Positions 1 to 10,496 of a DNA stretch of 64,000 bases are shown one piece after another. Location of the stretch: positions 248,296 through 312,295 of the forward strand of contig JBMNHG010000002.1 in assembly GCA_050950285.1 (NCBI GenBank), in the 5' to 3' direction. Made by a program: the position numbers and the translations under genes. Origin of the DNA: Kiritimatiellia bacterium (GTDB lineage: Bacteria; Verrucomicrobiota; Kiritimatiellia; RFP12; JBMNHG01). Under the pieces are notes generated by a model. It worked only from the letters and a program-made list of their open reading frames with translations. It was not told the origin of the DNA and made no database searches. Each line of letters opens with the position of its first letter. Positions within the stretch are counted from its first letter, which is position 1.

Positions 1-2
1 CC

Positions 3-1469
3 GACTACATCGCGTCCTACGAGGCGGTCTACGTCTCCCGCCTCGAAGGGAGCTGCTACGCGGTCGACGACCCCCGCCAGCCGCTCGCTGCGGAGGTGTC
101 CGACTTCATTCCCGGCCAATGGTGGGCCTGGAATCTCGACAACGAATTCCACACCATCGCCCGCATCACCTTCAACGAAGCCGTCGCCTCCCACCCCCGC
201 GTGCGCATCGCCATCCTTTCCGGACGCGGCGACAACCAGAAGCCTTCCCACATCGGGGTCGGCGGCGTCCACGCCGAGTGGAACGGCTACAACGCCTACG
301 GCACGCCCGACTGGGCCTTCTTCGACGTGATCGACGCCCGTCCCGGCGACACCGTAGAGATCGACCTCCGCTCCACCCGCAACACGGCTGCGGCGATCGA
401 GGGCATCCTCTTCGACTCCGTCTGCACCGTCCCGAACGCCGCGCCCTCCATCGCCTCCATCGCCGCGTCCCCCTCGCCTGCGGTCGCCACGAACTGGACG
501 ACGACCGTCGCTCTTTCCGCCACCGCGACCGACCCCGAAGACGACCCCATCCACTTCTCGTGGTCTTGCGAAGGCGTCCAGCCCGGCCCCGTCACGCTCG
601 TGGCGGACGCGACGGCGAATTGCACCGCGCACCTCCCGGCCGTCGCCGGTACCTACATCTTCCGCCTGGACATCACCGATCTCGCCCACGACACGACGTC
701 GACCAACCTCTCCGTGGCGCTCTCCGTCCCGGACACCTGCCCCCACGCCGCCTTCGTCGGCTTCGAATCGACCTACAACCCCCACGCCGCCTGGGGTGCC
801 CCCGCCGGCGGGAACAAGGGGACCTTCCGCTCCCTCGCCACCGGCAACGAAGAGCTGGATGGCCTCAAAAACTACCTCCTCCCCGGCCACGCCAACGCCT
901 ACGGCCTCGACGGCTACGTCTTCCTCGGAAACTGCCGCGCAAACAACCAGGATCTCGGCCCCCTCGCGACCGGCACGCTCTACGGGAACACCCTCGTCAG
1001 CAACGCCACCGGCTACATCGAGTCCTTCGCCGCGACCCATGTCTCCGCCCTCGAAGGCAGTTGCTACGCGGTCGACGATCCCCGCGCCGACCTTTCGGAC
1101 GACGTCTCCGACATCGTCCCCGGCGAATGGTGGGTGCGCAACACGGGCACGCGGTTCGCGACCGTTGCCCGAATCACCCTCGGACGCGAGGTCCGCCGCC
1201 ACCCGCAAATCCGGATCGGCCTCCTCTCCGGTCGTGGCGACGGCCAGAAACCCACCCAGATCCGTATCGGCGGCCTCGCTGCGGACTGGGTCGGGGCCAA
1301 CGCCTACGGCTACCCCGACATCGCCTTCTTCGATCTGATGAACGCCCGTCCGGGCGATGTCGTCGACATCGACCTCCGCAGTGCCCACGGAGGCCAGATG
1401 GGGATCCAAGGCATCCTCTTCGATTCCGTCGCCGTGGGTCCTCCCGGCACCATCCTCCTGTTGCGCTAG
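3..1469 (+). CDS. Tandem-repeat-domain protein, 5' partial (reading frame enters from window start)
   Basis: The frame is open from nt 3 with no start codon. A ~110-aa module (PGxWW...ARIT...RI.LSGRGD.QKP..IGG....W.G.NAYG.PD.AFFD...ARPGD.V.IDLRS) occurs at aa ~1-110 and again at aa ~345-450. A third partial copy of the preceding segment (SYEAVYVSRLEGSCYAVDDPR) lies at the window edge. No family assigned. Confidence 0.55.
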   Translation, partial: DYIASYEAVYVSRLEGSCYAVDDPRQPLAAEVSDFIPGQWWAWNLDNEFHTIARITFNEAVASHPRVRIAILSGRGDNQKPSHIGVGGVHAEWNGYNAYGTPDWAFFDVIDARPGDTVEIDLRSTRNTAAAIEGILFDSVCTVPNAAPSIASIAASPSPAVATNWTTTVALSATATDPEDDPIHFSWSCEGVQPGPVTLVADATANCTAHLPAVAGTYIFRLDITDLAHDTTSTNLSVALSVPDTCPHAAFVGFESTYNPHAAWGAPAGGNKGTFRSLATGNEELDGLKNYLLPGHANAYGLDGYVFLGNCRANNQDLGPLATGTLYGNTLVSNATGYIESFAATHVSALEGSCYAVDDPRADLSDDVSDIVPGEWWVRNTGTRFATVARITLGREVRRHPQIRIGLLSGRGDGQKPTQIRIGGLAADWVGANAYGYPDIAFFDLMNARPGDVVDIDLRSAHGGQMGIQGILFDSVAVGPPGTILLLR

Positions 1470-1526
1470 ACGCCCCCCCTCCCCCGGCAAAAACGGCGCG
1501 CCGCGAAATTCGCGGCGTGCCGCCGC

Positions 1527-2822
1527 TCAATGCGGGCCCAGGCCGTCCAGGAGGCGGCGGGCGAGGCGGGGGAGGTCGGGGTCGCGGGCGCCCATCGTGG
1601 CGAGGACGACGCCGGGCGAAGCGTGGCGGAGGAGGAGGGCTTCTGCCGTGGCGGCGCCGGGGGCCAGCACCGCATTCGCGCCGCGCGCTTGCAGGGCCTC
1701 CACGAGGGTGTCGGAGTTGATGGAGCGGTCGGCGGTGCCCCCGGCGTCGTAGACCGGCAGGAGGCAGAGGAAATCGCCCGGTCGCATCGCGGTGGCGAAA
1801 GCATCGGCCAGTGCGTCTTTCATCTTGCGGAGAGGGGCGTAGCCGTGCGGGCGCCAGACGGCGGCGACGCGGGGGAAGGCTGCGGCGAGGGTGTTCCACG
1901 CCGCCGCGAGTTTGGCGGGGTTGTGGGCGTAGTCGTCCACCACCGTCACGCCACCCGCTTCGCCGACGCGTTCCAGGCGGCGTTCGATGCCGCGGAAGGT
2001 CGCAAGGGCGGCGGCGATGGGCCCTGGCTTCGCGCCGCACGCGAGGGCCGCCCGCACGGCCATCCAGGCGTTCTGCACGTTGTGGTTTCCGGGGAGGGGC
2101 ACGACGTACTCCGTGCCTTCCCAGGAGAATCGGCCGCTCCAGCCCGAAAGGCGGACGTCCTGCGGCGCGCATCCGCCGCCGGTGTCGAGGATCTCGCGGG
2201 TGACGCGGGCGCGGAAGGCCGCGAAAAGGGCCTCGGTCTCGGCCAGGGGGAAGTGGTCGGCGGAGGCGTTGGTGACGACGGCGAGTTCGGGGGAGAAGGC
2301 CATCAGCGAGCGGTCGCTCTCGTCCGCCTCGAAGACGGCCCATTCGCCGGCGCCTTTGCGGGTGGACCCGACGCGGGCGGGGGATTCCCAGCCCACGACG
2401 CCGGCGCCGTTCACGACCATCGGGTCGAAGCCGCACCCGGCGAGGATCCAGCCCGTTATCGCCGTCACGCTGCTCTTCCCGCACGTGCCGGCGATGGCGA
2501 GGAGGCGGCGTCCCTCCATGGCCTGGGCGAGGGCTTCGGCGCGGTGGAGCACCGGGATGCCGGACGTTCGCGCCGCGACAAGGTCGGGGTTGTCCTCCTC
2601 GATGGCGGAACTGACGACGACGCGATCGGCCCCGGCGGACACGCCCGTCCCGTCCTGGGGGAACAGGCGGACGCCCTGGGCGCGGAGGCGGGCGAGGGCG
2701 GGCGTCGCGTCGCCGCCGTCCACGAGGCGATCCGACCCCGTCACGTCGCCGCCGCAATCCAGCAGCGCCTGGGCGAGGGCGCTCATGCCGACGCCGCCGA
2801 TTCCGACCAAATGGCTTTTCAT
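1527..2822 (-). CDS. murC: UDP-N-acetylmuramate--L-alanine ligase (MurC)
   Basis: MKSHLVGIGGVGMSALA N-terminus and Mur ligase middle and C-terminal signatures. The start is the internal ATG of the long ORF 1527..3716. The ATG overlaps the upstream gene's TGA (ATGA). Confidence 0.9.
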   Translation of the reverse strand: MKSHLVGIGGVGMSALAQALLDCGGDVTGSDRLVDGGDATPALARLRAQGVRLFPQDGTGVSAGADRVVVSSAIEEDNPDLVAARTSGIPVLHRAEALAQAMEGRRLLAIAGTCGKSSVTAITGWILAGCGFDPMVVNGAGVVGWESPARVGSTRKGAGEWAVFEADESDRSLMAFSPELAVVTNASADHFPLAETEALFAAFRARVTREILDTGGGCAPQDVRLSGWSGRFSWEGTEYVVPLPGNHNVQNAWMAVRAALACGAKPGPIAAALATFRGIERRLERVGEAGGVTVVDDYAHNPAKLAAAWNTLAAAFPRVAAVWRPHGYAPLRKMKDALADAFATAMRPGDFLCLLPVYDAGGTADRSINSDTLVEALQARGANAVLAPGAATAEALLLRHASPGVVLATMGARDPDLPRLARRLLDGLGPH

Positions 2823-3859
2823 GATGTTTCCCTCCGCAGTTTTCGTCTCACCGACAGTTCGAGGCGTCGTTCCCACACCAACACCCAGGCCAGCGCCCAG
2901 CGTGAAAGGAGGAGCCACCCGAAGGAGCCCCCCACGCTCACGAGCAGGAGGAGGTCTTCGATATTGCTGTGCGCCACGGCGATGTGGTGGTTGAAGAGGT
3001 CGCTTTCCTCCTTCGGTGCGCGGCCCTGCTCGCACTCCTCGATCATGATGGCGGCCCCATAGGCGAGGCCGAGGGTGTTGGCCACGATCCACAGGAAGGC
3101 GGTGTCGGGCCGCAGGCCGAACAGCCGCATCACGGAGCGCAAGCGGCGGCCCAGCCAAGCGATGAGGCCGAACTCCGCGAGCAGGGCCTGCAGCAGCGTG
3201 AGCCCGAAGATGAGGACCGACAGTTTCACGAGCAGGCGCAACGTGGAGACGAACCACGCTCGGAGGGCGGGGCCCCAGGCGGTGGCGGCGGCGAGGTCGG
3301 GGACGACGGCGGCCGCAGCCGGGGCGGCAGTGTCGGTTCCGCCGGATCCGGGCATCAGGCGGTTGAGGATCCAGGCCATGCCGATGGAGGCGGCGGTGCG
3401 GATGAAGACCATCCGCAGGGCGGAGGAGCCGGTACGGACCTGCACGGCGGTCTCGGCGATGATGTTGTGGGCGCACAGCGCCATCACGGACAGAATCGTG
3501 ACGGCCCGCGGATCCGAAAGCCCCACGGCGTCCATCACGGCGATGCAGGCGTAGATGTTCACGAAATAGGCGGAGACGTACGCCAGGGCCGCCTCGCCGG
3601 GCAGCCCGACGAACCGGCAGACCGGCGCGAAGGCGTCCGCGATCGCCGCGAGGGCGCCGGACTGGCGCAACAGCAGGATGACGAACGCGCCGCCGGCAGT
3701 AAGCGGGACGAGCCATCGCACCGTCTTCGCGGCGGACGGGATGGCGCGTTTCGCGGCGCGCCGCGCGCGTTCGGAAAAGCGAAGCCGGGGTTGGTCCATC
3801 CGTTGTTGCATGGTCGGTCGGCGGATCTCCGTCGGGCGCAGGGCCCGCAACGGTTCCAT
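2819..3859 (-). CDS. Polytopic membrane protein with nucleoside-recognition (Gate)-like domain
   Basis: Multiple hydrophobic helices and a Gate/FeoB-like pattern (FGL..LQALLAEFGLIAWLG...FLWIVANTLGLAYGAAIM). Stop overlaps the murC start. The start codon choice is uncertain. Confidence 0.5.
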   Translation of the reverse strand: MEPLRALRPTEIRRPTMQQRMDQPRLRFSERARRAAKRAIPSAAKTVRWLVPLTAGGAFVILLLRQSGALAAIADAFAPVCRFVGLPGEAALAYVSAYFVNIYACIAVMDAVGLSDPRAVTILSVMALCAHNIIAETAVQVRTGSSALRMVFIRTAASIGMAWILNRLMPGSGGTDTAAPAAAAVVPDLAAATAWGPALRAWFVSTLRLLVKLSVLIFGLTLLQALLAEFGLIAWLGRRLRSVMRLFGLRPDTAFLWIVANTLGLAYGAAIMIEECEQGRAPKEESDLFNHHIAVAHSNIEDLLLLVSVGGSFGWLLLSRWALAWVLVWERRLELSVRRKLRRETS

Positions 3860-4055
3860 GGAGAGAGAGGTCGTACAGGGCCTCGCTGCGGACGGGGCCG
3901 ATGCGGAAGACGCCTGGAACGGGAAGACAAAAACGTGGGCAGCACTATAACGCCCCCCTCCCTGGAAAACAAGCCAAGCCGATTCGTTCGCGGAACAAGG
4001 CGATTCGCGGCTTCCGCCGTGAAGGGAAAGGGCTTATCATGCGACGACTGCCGAT

Positions 4056-4982
4056 ATGATCCATGCCACCCGATTCCTTGTTCCCCCGTCTGCGGCGGAC
4101 ATGCGCTTGGACCGCTTCCTCCGGGAGCGGTATCCCGGCGTCCGAGCCCCGGAGATCCACGCCGCGCTCCGGGAGGGGCGGATTCGTCGAAACGGGCGTC
4201 CCGCCGCGAAGGGCGACACGTTGCGCGGAGGCGACACCCTCGAAGTGGACGGCCTTCGGGAGACCTCCGACTGGCGGATTGCGCCCGACTCGTCGATCCC
4301 GCTCGACGTGTTGCGGGAGAGCCCCCATTGGGCCGCCTGCGCGAAACCCGCGGGAATGCCCACCCATCCGCTTCGTCCCGACGAAAAGGGAACGCTGGCC
4401 AACGCGATGGTCGCCCGCTGGCCCGAAATCGCGACCTTCGGCGAGCCGCCCCTGATGGGCGGGGTGCTTCACCGGCTGGACACGGACACCTCCGGCATCG
4501 TCCTCGCCGCGCGCGACCCCGGGAGCTATGCCGCCCTCCGCGGCCAATTCGCGGAGCGGACGGTCGTCAAGACCTACCTCGCGCTGGTGGCGGGCGTCGT
4601 GGAGACATCCGGACGCCTCGAGAACGACCTCGTTCATGCCGCGGCGCGCCCCTGCCGCATGACGGATGCCGCCCGCATCCGCACGAAAGAGCGCCCCATG
4701 CGCGCCGTGACCGAATACCGCCCGCTCTCCCGCCACGGCGGATTCACGCTTCTGGAGGTCGTCATCCGAACGGGCGTGACCCACCAGATCCGCTGCCAGC
4801 TTTCCCTTGCGGGGCATCCGCTCGCGGGAGACGCCCTCTACGGCGGGCCCGTGCATCCGGGGCTTTCGCGCCACTTCCTCCATGCCGTGAAAGTCGCGTT
4901 TTCCGATCCCGCGACGGGCCGTCCCGTCACCATCGAAGCGCCCCTCCCGCCGGAGTTGCAGGCCGTTTGCGCGAAGCGATAG
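4056..4982 (+). CDS. RluA-family 23S rRNA pseudouridine synthase
   Basis: S4-like N-terminus and the catalytic motif HRLDTDTSGIVLAARD. Confidence 0.85.
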   Translation: MIHATRFLVPPSAADMRLDRFLRERYPGVRAPEIHAALREGRIRRNGRPAAKGDTLRGGDTLEVDGLRETSDWRIAPDSSIPLDVLRESPHWAACAKPAGMPTHPLRPDEKGTLANAMVARWPEIATFGEPPLMGGVLHRLDTDTSGIVLAARDPGSYAALRGQFAERTVVKTYLALVAGVVETSGRLENDLVHAAARPCRMTDAARIRTKERPMRAVTEYRPLSRHGGFTLLEVVIRTGVTHQIRCQLSLAGHPLAGDALYGGPVHPGLSRHFLHAVKVAFSDPATGRPVTIEAPLPPELQAVCAKR

Positions 4983-4988
4983 CCCTTC

Positions 4989-5046
4989 CCGTCGGCCGGA
5001 AACCGCAAGCCGGAAAACAAAATCACACCCGACGGCCTCTTTTTTG
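4989..5046 (+). terminator. Putative intrinsic terminator after the rluA-family gene
   Basis: GC stem ccgtcgg(4989-4995)/ccgacgg(5029-5035) with an inner ccgg..ccgg pairing, followed by a T6 run at 5040-5045. The loop is long, so confidence is moderate. Confidence 0.45.
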
Positions 5047-5104
5047 CTATGGTGTACATAACCCGGCGCGCCATTTCCCGCGCCCAACGATAAGGATCCC
5101 GCCC

Positions 5105-5974
5105 ATGCTGACGAATCGACTCCCCTTCCGCGCCGCCTTTGCCGCATTCGCCCTGTCCACCCTCGCCGCCTTCGCCCAGCCCATCCTGCAGGACGGCGAC
5201 ACGCTCGCGTTCCTTGGAGACTCCATCACCCAGTTCGGCAAAGACACCCCGAGCGGGTATGTCCGCCTGGTGCTGAGCGGCCTCGAAGCGAACGGCATCA
5301 AGGTCACCCCCATCTTCGCCGGCATCTCCGGCCACAAGTCGAACGACATGCTCGCGCGCGTCGACCGCGACGTGCTGGACAAAGACCCCAAGCCCGCCGT
5401 GATGACGCTGAGCTGCGGCGTGAACGACGTCTGGCATGGCGCGCGTGGCGTCGAGCTCGAGCCCTACAAGGAGAACATCACGCAGATCCTGGACAAAGCG
5501 ATCGCCGCCGGCGTGAAGCCCGTGATCCTCACCGCCACGATGATTCGCGAAGACGCCGGGAACAACGAGAACCGGAAGCTCGCCGCCTACAACGACTTCC
5601 TCCGCGAACTCGCCGCCGAGCGCGACCTCCCGCTCGCCGACCTGAACGCGGACATGCAGGCCGCCATCGCCGCCGCCAAAGAATCCGGCGCCGCCCGCGA
5701 CAACGGCGGCAACTACCTCACCTCCGACGGCGTGCACATGGCCGCTCCGGGCAACCGCCTGATGGCCGTCGGCGTCCTTCGCGCCCTCGGCCTGGACGAC
5801 GGGCAAATCGAAAAGGCCAAGGAGGCGTGGCTCGACATCCCGAACGCCGTCCGCATGAACCTCGGGCCGCTGCTGACCCTCCGCGAATACGATGCCGTGG
5901 CGGTCAAGGCCGCCGCCGAAGGCAAGACCGTCCAGCAATTCCTCACCGACCTCGTGCAGGACGCGGTGAAGTAG
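5105..5974 (+). CDS. Secreted SGNH/GDSL hydrolase
   Basis: Signal peptide (MLTNRLPFRAAFAAFALSTLAAFA) followed by the GDSIT block, then the SGNH GxND and DGVH motifs. It is the C-terminal 290 aa of the long ORF 2969..5974; the rest of that ORF is antisense to other genes. Confidence 0.8.
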   Translation: MLTNRLPFRAAFAAFALSTLAAFAQPILQDGDTLAFLGDSITQFGKDTPSGYVRLVLSGLEANGIKVTPIFAGISGHKSNDMLARVDRDVLDKDPKPAVMTLSCGVNDVWHGARGVELEPYKENITQILDKAIAAGVKPVILTATMIREDAGNNENRKLAAYNDFLRELAAERDLPLADLNADMQAAIAAAKESGAARDNGGNYLTSDGVHMAAPGNRLMAVGVLRALGLDDGQIEKAKEAWLDIPNAVRMNLGPLLTLREYDAVAVKAAAEGKTVQQFLTDLVQDAVK

Positions 5975-6058
5975 GTTTCCCTTCCGACTCGCCGCCGCTC
6001 CGTGTCCAACTTCGACCGCACCTCCCCCACCCCGCCGCACGGGACCCAAAGACCGCCC

Positions 6059-6406
6059 ATGAAAGCCCATGAACAGGCGATCGCGCTCGCCCGCGCCCTC
6101 GACGAGAAACTCGCCCAAGACATCCGCGTCTACGACGTGTCCAAACGCTCGAACCTCACCGACTACGAGATCGTCGCCACCGGCATCTCCACGCCCCACT
6201 TGAAGGCGCTCGTCGTCGATCTGCAGAAGCGCCTGAAAGCCCGGGGCATCGTCGGCGCCCCCAGTTGCGGCGCGCCCGAAAGCGGCTGGGTCGTGCTCGA
6301 CGTCTTCGACGTCATCGTCCACATCTTCACCCGGGAGATGCGCGACTACTATCAAATCGAGGAACTCTGGGACGGGGCGCCCCTCGTCCCGTTCGAGGAA
6401 TCCTGA
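6059..6406 (+). CDS. rsfS: Ribosomal silencing factor RsfS (Iojap-like)
   Basis: The 115-aa product has the DUF143/RsfS pattern (LTDYEIVATGIS..HLKAL..DLQKRLK..G......ESGWVVLD.FDVIVHIF). The start is taken at the internal ATG 6059. Confidence 0.8.
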   Translation: MKAHEQAIALARALDEKLAQDIRVYDVSKRSNLTDYEIVATGISTPHLKALVVDLQKRLKARGIVGAPSCGAPESGWVVLDVFDVIVHIFTREMRDYYQIEELWDGAPLVPFEES

Positions 6407-6415
6407 GGTTCCGCC

Positions 6416-7531
6416 ATGTCCGCACCCATCGACGTCGCCGCCTACATCTGGCCCTCCTACACGGGGGACGAGCCCCGCGCCCGCGCCTTCTGGCCCGAAG
6501 GCATGGGCGAATGGGAAACCGTGCGCGCCATGCGCCCGCGCTTCCCCGGCCACGCCTGGCCCCGCAAGCCGCTCTGGGGCTACTGCAACGAAGCCAACCC
6601 CGATGTCATGCGGATGCAGATCGATGCCGCCGCCGACCACGGGGTCGACGTCTTCCTCTACGACTGGTACTGGTTCGACGGCCGCCCCTTCCTCGAGCAA
6701 TGCCTCGGCGAAGGGTTCCTGAAGGCTCCGAACAACTCCCGCATGCGCTTCTACCTGATGTGGGCGAACCACGACGCGACCCTGTGCTGGGACCGCCGGC
6801 TCGCCCACACGGACGGCCAGACCGTGGTGTGGCAGGGCGCCGTGGATCGCCGCCAGTTCGAGGCGGTGGCGCGCCGGTTGATCGACCGGTTCTTCACCCA
6901 TCCGCTCTACTACACGATCGACGGATGTCCCGTCTTCATGATCTACGACCTCGCGAACCTCGTGAAGGGGCTCGGCGGCGTGGAGGCCGCCCGCGCCGCG
7001 CTCGACGACTTCCGCGCCGGATGCGTGGAGGCCGGCCTTCCCGGACTCCACCTCCAGCTCGCCTACTGGAACGAGTGGGCCACCCGGCAGGGCGGCGGCG
7101 ACGGCGTCAAAATCCCAACCGGCGCCGCCCTCGTGGACGCGCTCGGATTCGACAGCCTGTCGCACTACCAGTTCTGCCACGCCACGGACATCGACCGCCC
7201 CTACCTCGACGTCCTCGCCGACATGCGCAACGAATGGGACCGTCTCGACCGCGAGTACCGGGCGGTCTACTTCCCGCACATCTCCGTGGGCTGGGATCCC
7301 TCGCCTCGCTTCCAGGACGCCGTGACGGGCCACCTTCGCGACACGACGCCCGCGAACATCCGCAAGGGTTTCGAGATGGCCCGCGACTACCTCGACGCCC
7401 ATCCGGAACGCCACCGCCTGGTCACCGTGAACAGTTGGAACGAGTGGACTGAAACCAGCTATCTGCAACCCGACGACCTGAACGGCTACGGATACCTTGA
7501 AGCGCTCCGGGACGTCTTCGGAAAGGCCTGA
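6416..7531 (+). CDS. WbsX-like / GH99-like glycosyl enzyme
   Basis: Pattern (Y.WP.......FWPEGMGEWETV...P.FPGH..PR.PLWGY.....DVM..QID.AADHGVDVFLYDWYWF) typical of the Glyco_tran_WbsX family. Confidence 0.6.
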   Translation: MSAPIDVAAYIWPSYTGDEPRARAFWPEGMGEWETVRAMRPRFPGHAWPRKPLWGYCNEANPDVMRMQIDAAADHGVDVFLYDWYWFDGRPFLEQCLGEGFLKAPNNSRMRFYLMWANHDATLCWDRRLAHTDGQTVVWQGAVDRRQFEAVARRLIDRFFTHPLYYTIDGCPVFMIYDLANLVKGLGGVEAARAALDDFRAGCVEAGLPGLHLQLAYWNEWATRQGGGDGVKIPTGAALVDALGFDSLSHYQFCHATDIDRPYLDVLADMRNEWDRLDREYRAVYFPHISVGWDPSPRFQDAVTGHLRDTTPANIRKGFEMARDYLDAHPERHRLVTVNSWNEWTETSYLQPDDLNGYGYLEALRDVFGKA

Positions 7532-7588
7532 GCCGACCTCCTGCGGCTCCCGCGCCGGCAAATCGCGGCACGCCGCCGACCGCCCCCC

Positions 7589-9043
7589 ATGAGACTTCTC
7601 CGAACAATCCGCGTGATGGTCGACCGGAAGCTCCAGATCCGGATGCTTCCGCCGGGGCCGCGGCGTTTCCTCGCCTTCAACTTCATCAACGTCCTCTCCT
7701 GGACCTCGCTCCTCGGCACGGTGCTCGTGCTCCATGCGACGGCGCTGGGCATCTCCAGCGCGGCCATCGGCGCACTGAACTCCATCCTCAACTTCGCCTG
7801 CATCCTCGGCATCTTCACGAAAACCCTCGCCGAGCGGATCGGTTCGAAGCGCCTCCTGCTGGGCGGATGGACGCTCCGCAACCTGATGGCGGCCCCCATC
7901 GTCCTCGTCCCGCTGGTGCGCCGGTTCTTCGGGTTCATGCCTGCCGCGGTGCTGCTCTTCGCCTGCATCACCCTCTTCTGCATCGCACGCGCCCTCTCGA
8001 ACATCGCGTGGGCGAGCTGGCTCCACGAAATCGTCCCCCCGAAGCACCTCGGGCGCTACTACACCGTGGAGTCGGTGATGACGCGCGTGCTCATGCTCCT
8101 CTGCGGCGTCGTCTGCTTCCTCGTCTTCTCGGGCTCGTCGTCCACGCCGTCCCCCGACAATCCGGACTACGCCGAGCTCTGGCGCTTCGCCGCGATTTCA
8201 GGCTTCGGCGTGACCATGGGGCTCGTCTCCACCCGCGTGCTCCGCAACGTGCCGGGCGGCATGCCGCCCGAGCCCGACGCACGGGGCGAAGTCCCCCACG
8301 CCAGCTTCCGCGCGGTGCTCCACGACCGGATGTTCCTCTCCTTCCTCCTCTGCTCGGCCTTCTTCTCCAGCCTCTACACCGGCGCGGCCGTGATGATTCC
8401 GCTCCTCCTGCGCCTGCACTTCAAACTGGGCACCGGAACCGTGCTGCTGCTCACGAGCCTCGGCAACCTTCTCGCCGTGGCCACCACCCCCCGCTGGCGC
8501 CGCGTGGCCGACCGCCACGGCAGCCCGGTGACGATGCTTGCCAACGGAGTGCTCTTCGCCATGTGCATGGGCGTCTTCGGACTCCTCGCGTATCTCCGGC
8601 CCGCGCGCGCCCCCCTCTGGATCCTCTTCCCCATCTGTGCGCTCGTGCCGGTGGCGGACAGCGGAAACGCCATGGCCACCTCCCGAGGCTTCATGCTGCG
8701 CGTGACCGCCGAGAACCGCCACGCCTGCAACGCCATCTGGAATGCGGGAACCCAAACCCTCTGCGGCACGGCGTCCATCGCGACCGGCCTGCTGTTGCGC
8801 GGCGGCGATGCGGGCATGCACCTCCGCTACGCCTCCGTGGCGTGGTGCTTCGCGCTCCTGATGCTGGCGACGGGATGGTTCGCCCTGCGGGTGCGAGTCC
8901 CCGAAGGCGACGCGCAACCCGGTCCCAGCCCCATCTACAACCCGGCCCACCCGCTCCAGAGCATCTACCGGATCATCCCCTACGTGCTCGCCCCCCGGCG
9001 CGGCGATCCCCTTGCCAGCGAACGTGTCGACCACGTGCGCTGA
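7589..9043 (+). CDS. MFS-type transporter
   Basis: About 12 predicted TM helices in two 6-helix halves. Substrate unknown. Confidence 0.55.
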   Translation: MRLLRTIRVMVDRKLQIRMLPPGPRRFLAFNFINVLSWTSLLGTVLVLHATALGISSAAIGALNSILNFACILGIFTKTLAERIGSKRLLLGGWTLRNLMAAPIVLVPLVRRFFGFMPAAVLLFACITLFCIARALSNIAWASWLHEIVPPKHLGRYYTVESVMTRVLMLLCGVVCFLVFSGSSSTPSPDNPDYAELWRFAAISGFGVTMGLVSTRVLRNVPGGMPPEPDARGEVPHASFRAVLHDRMFLSFLLCSAFFSSLYTGAAVMIPLLLRLHFKLGTGTVLLLTSLGNLLAVATTPRWRRVADRHGSPVTMLANGVLFAMCMGVFGLLAYLRPARAPLWILFPICALVPVADSGNAMATSRGFMLRVTAENRHACNAIWNAGTQTLCGTASIATGLLLRGGDAGMHLRYASVAWCFALLMLATGWFALRVRVPEGDAQPGPSPIYNPAHPLQSIYRIIPYVLAPRRGDPLASERVDHVR

Positions 9044-9054
9044 ACCGCGCCGAA

Positions 9055-10379
9055 TCATCCTTGCGATTCGCTGCTTCGAGCCGCGGGTTTCCCCGCAAGG
9101 CCCGCCGCGGAACCCATGAGGAGCCCGTACGCAAGCACCAGCTCGCCGTCGGCGAAGTTGTATTCCACGAGGCCGTTCAGGACAAGTGCGGCGAGCATCC
9201 CGCCCAATGCCGGCGCCAGCCCCCGCGATTCCGGCGGACGTCCCCGGTCGATGCGCCGCACGTCGCGAAAGGCGAGCACCAGCCACGCCAGGTAGATCGC
9301 CAGCCCCGCCCAGCCGGTCGATGTGGCCATTTCGACGGGGTTGGAGTGAAGGTGGTAGCGCCGCGGCTCCACGTGCCGGACGTTGGCCTTCCCGGCGAAC
9401 TCGCGCATCCGCTCGGGCGTCATCGCGCGGAACCCGATGCCCCCGGGATGCTCGCGCATCACGGCGGGCGCGACCTTCGTCCACATCACGACGCGGCCGC
9501 CGTTCTGCGGATCGAACTCGTCGAAAAGCGACGCCATGCGGACCCTCGTCGCCGGGATTGCGGCCACGACGACCGCCAGCGCCACAAGCCCCAGAAGCCC
9601 CTTCTTCCAGGGAATCCGCCGGAAGCAAAGGAAAACCAGCACCGCCAGCGCCGCCAGCCAAGAGCTGCGCTTGAAGGTGAGCAAAAGCGCAAGGGAGGTC
9701 AGCCCGGCCAGAATCGGCCATACCCGCAACGCCACGGGCCCTCCGACGGGGAAGCGCAAGCGGAAGGCCCAGTGGCCGCCGGCGGTCTTGTCCCGGGAAA
9801 GCACGATGGCCACCGCTCCGACGAGGCCGGCCATCAACCGCTGCGAATCGCCCAGCTCCCCCCGGTCGAAGAGCACAAAAAGGAACGAGGGGCGGGCGAG
9901 CGAGTGGCTGAGACCGGCGAAGGTGCGCTCGGACATCGACCCGCGGGCGAACGCCTGCTCGAGCAAGGGGGCGAACGCCTCGCTGGCGGCGTTCACCTCT
10001 TCCGTTACCGCCAGGGCGACGGGAATGTTGCAACAGAGCACGCGCAGGGCGAGCACCCCCGTTCCAGCACGTAGGCGCGAACGAGGCTCCACGCCTTCTC
10101 GCGACTGTCCACGATGCTCGCCGCCAGCGGAATGCCGAGATACCAGACCAATTTCGAAAGACGCGACAACCCCCGGTCGGGATCCAGCCCATGCCAGGTG
10201 GCGCCGAATGCCACGGCAACGAACAGCACCCACATCCACGCAACAGGCGGGAAGCGCAACGTCCGCCGGCCCTTGGCGACGTCCACGCCCAGCGAGATGG
10301 CCGTCAGCACCAGCAATGCCCGCCCGAGCGGCAACGAGAAGCCTGCGGCAAACGCCGCCCCATCAGAATCGAAAACGTC
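9055..10379 (-). CDS. O-antigen ligase (Wzy_C) family membrane protein, frameshifted
   Basis: Wzy_C-like region (HSNPVEMA...NGLVEYNF) in ORF 9055..10239. The N-terminal TM helices lie in the overlapping ORF 10005..10661 in another frame. The two frames join at a G5 run near 10055-10062 (..RAYVLE | GVLALRVLCCNIPV..). The start near 10379 is approximate. Confidence 0.6.
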
Positions 10380-10496
10380 CTGTTCGCAAACGGAATCATC
10401 GCCGCCATCATATCCATCCGCCCATTCTCCGTCAAACACCGTCTCGCATGGACAGCGGGCCGTTGCCAACTGTCCGGAAGAGTGTTTCCTGTATTC

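Noticed and set aside
1174-2757. 527-aa R/P/G-rich minus ORF and the 533-aa plus ORF 119..1720
   Set aside because: Alternative frames of the repeat-domain gene and murC. Extreme arginine/proline composition is typical of off-frame GC-rich translation.
2969-5104. First ~710 aa of the 1001-aa ORF 2969..5974
   Set aside because: Only the last 290 aa (the GDSL hydrolase with its own signal peptide and ATG at 5105) are gene-like. The upstream part overlaps murC, the Gate protein and the rluA-family gene on other strands or frames and is R/G-rich noise.
4838-8047. 1069-aa ORF on the minus strand
   Set aside because: Antisense to rsfS, the WbsX-like gene and the MFS gene. The product is low-complexity and R/G/E-rich, as expected from reverse-strand reading of high-GC coding DNA.
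8198-10243. 681-aa minus-strand ORF
   Set aside because: Overlaps the MFS transporter (antisense) and the O-antigen ligase region in a non-coding frame. No motifs.
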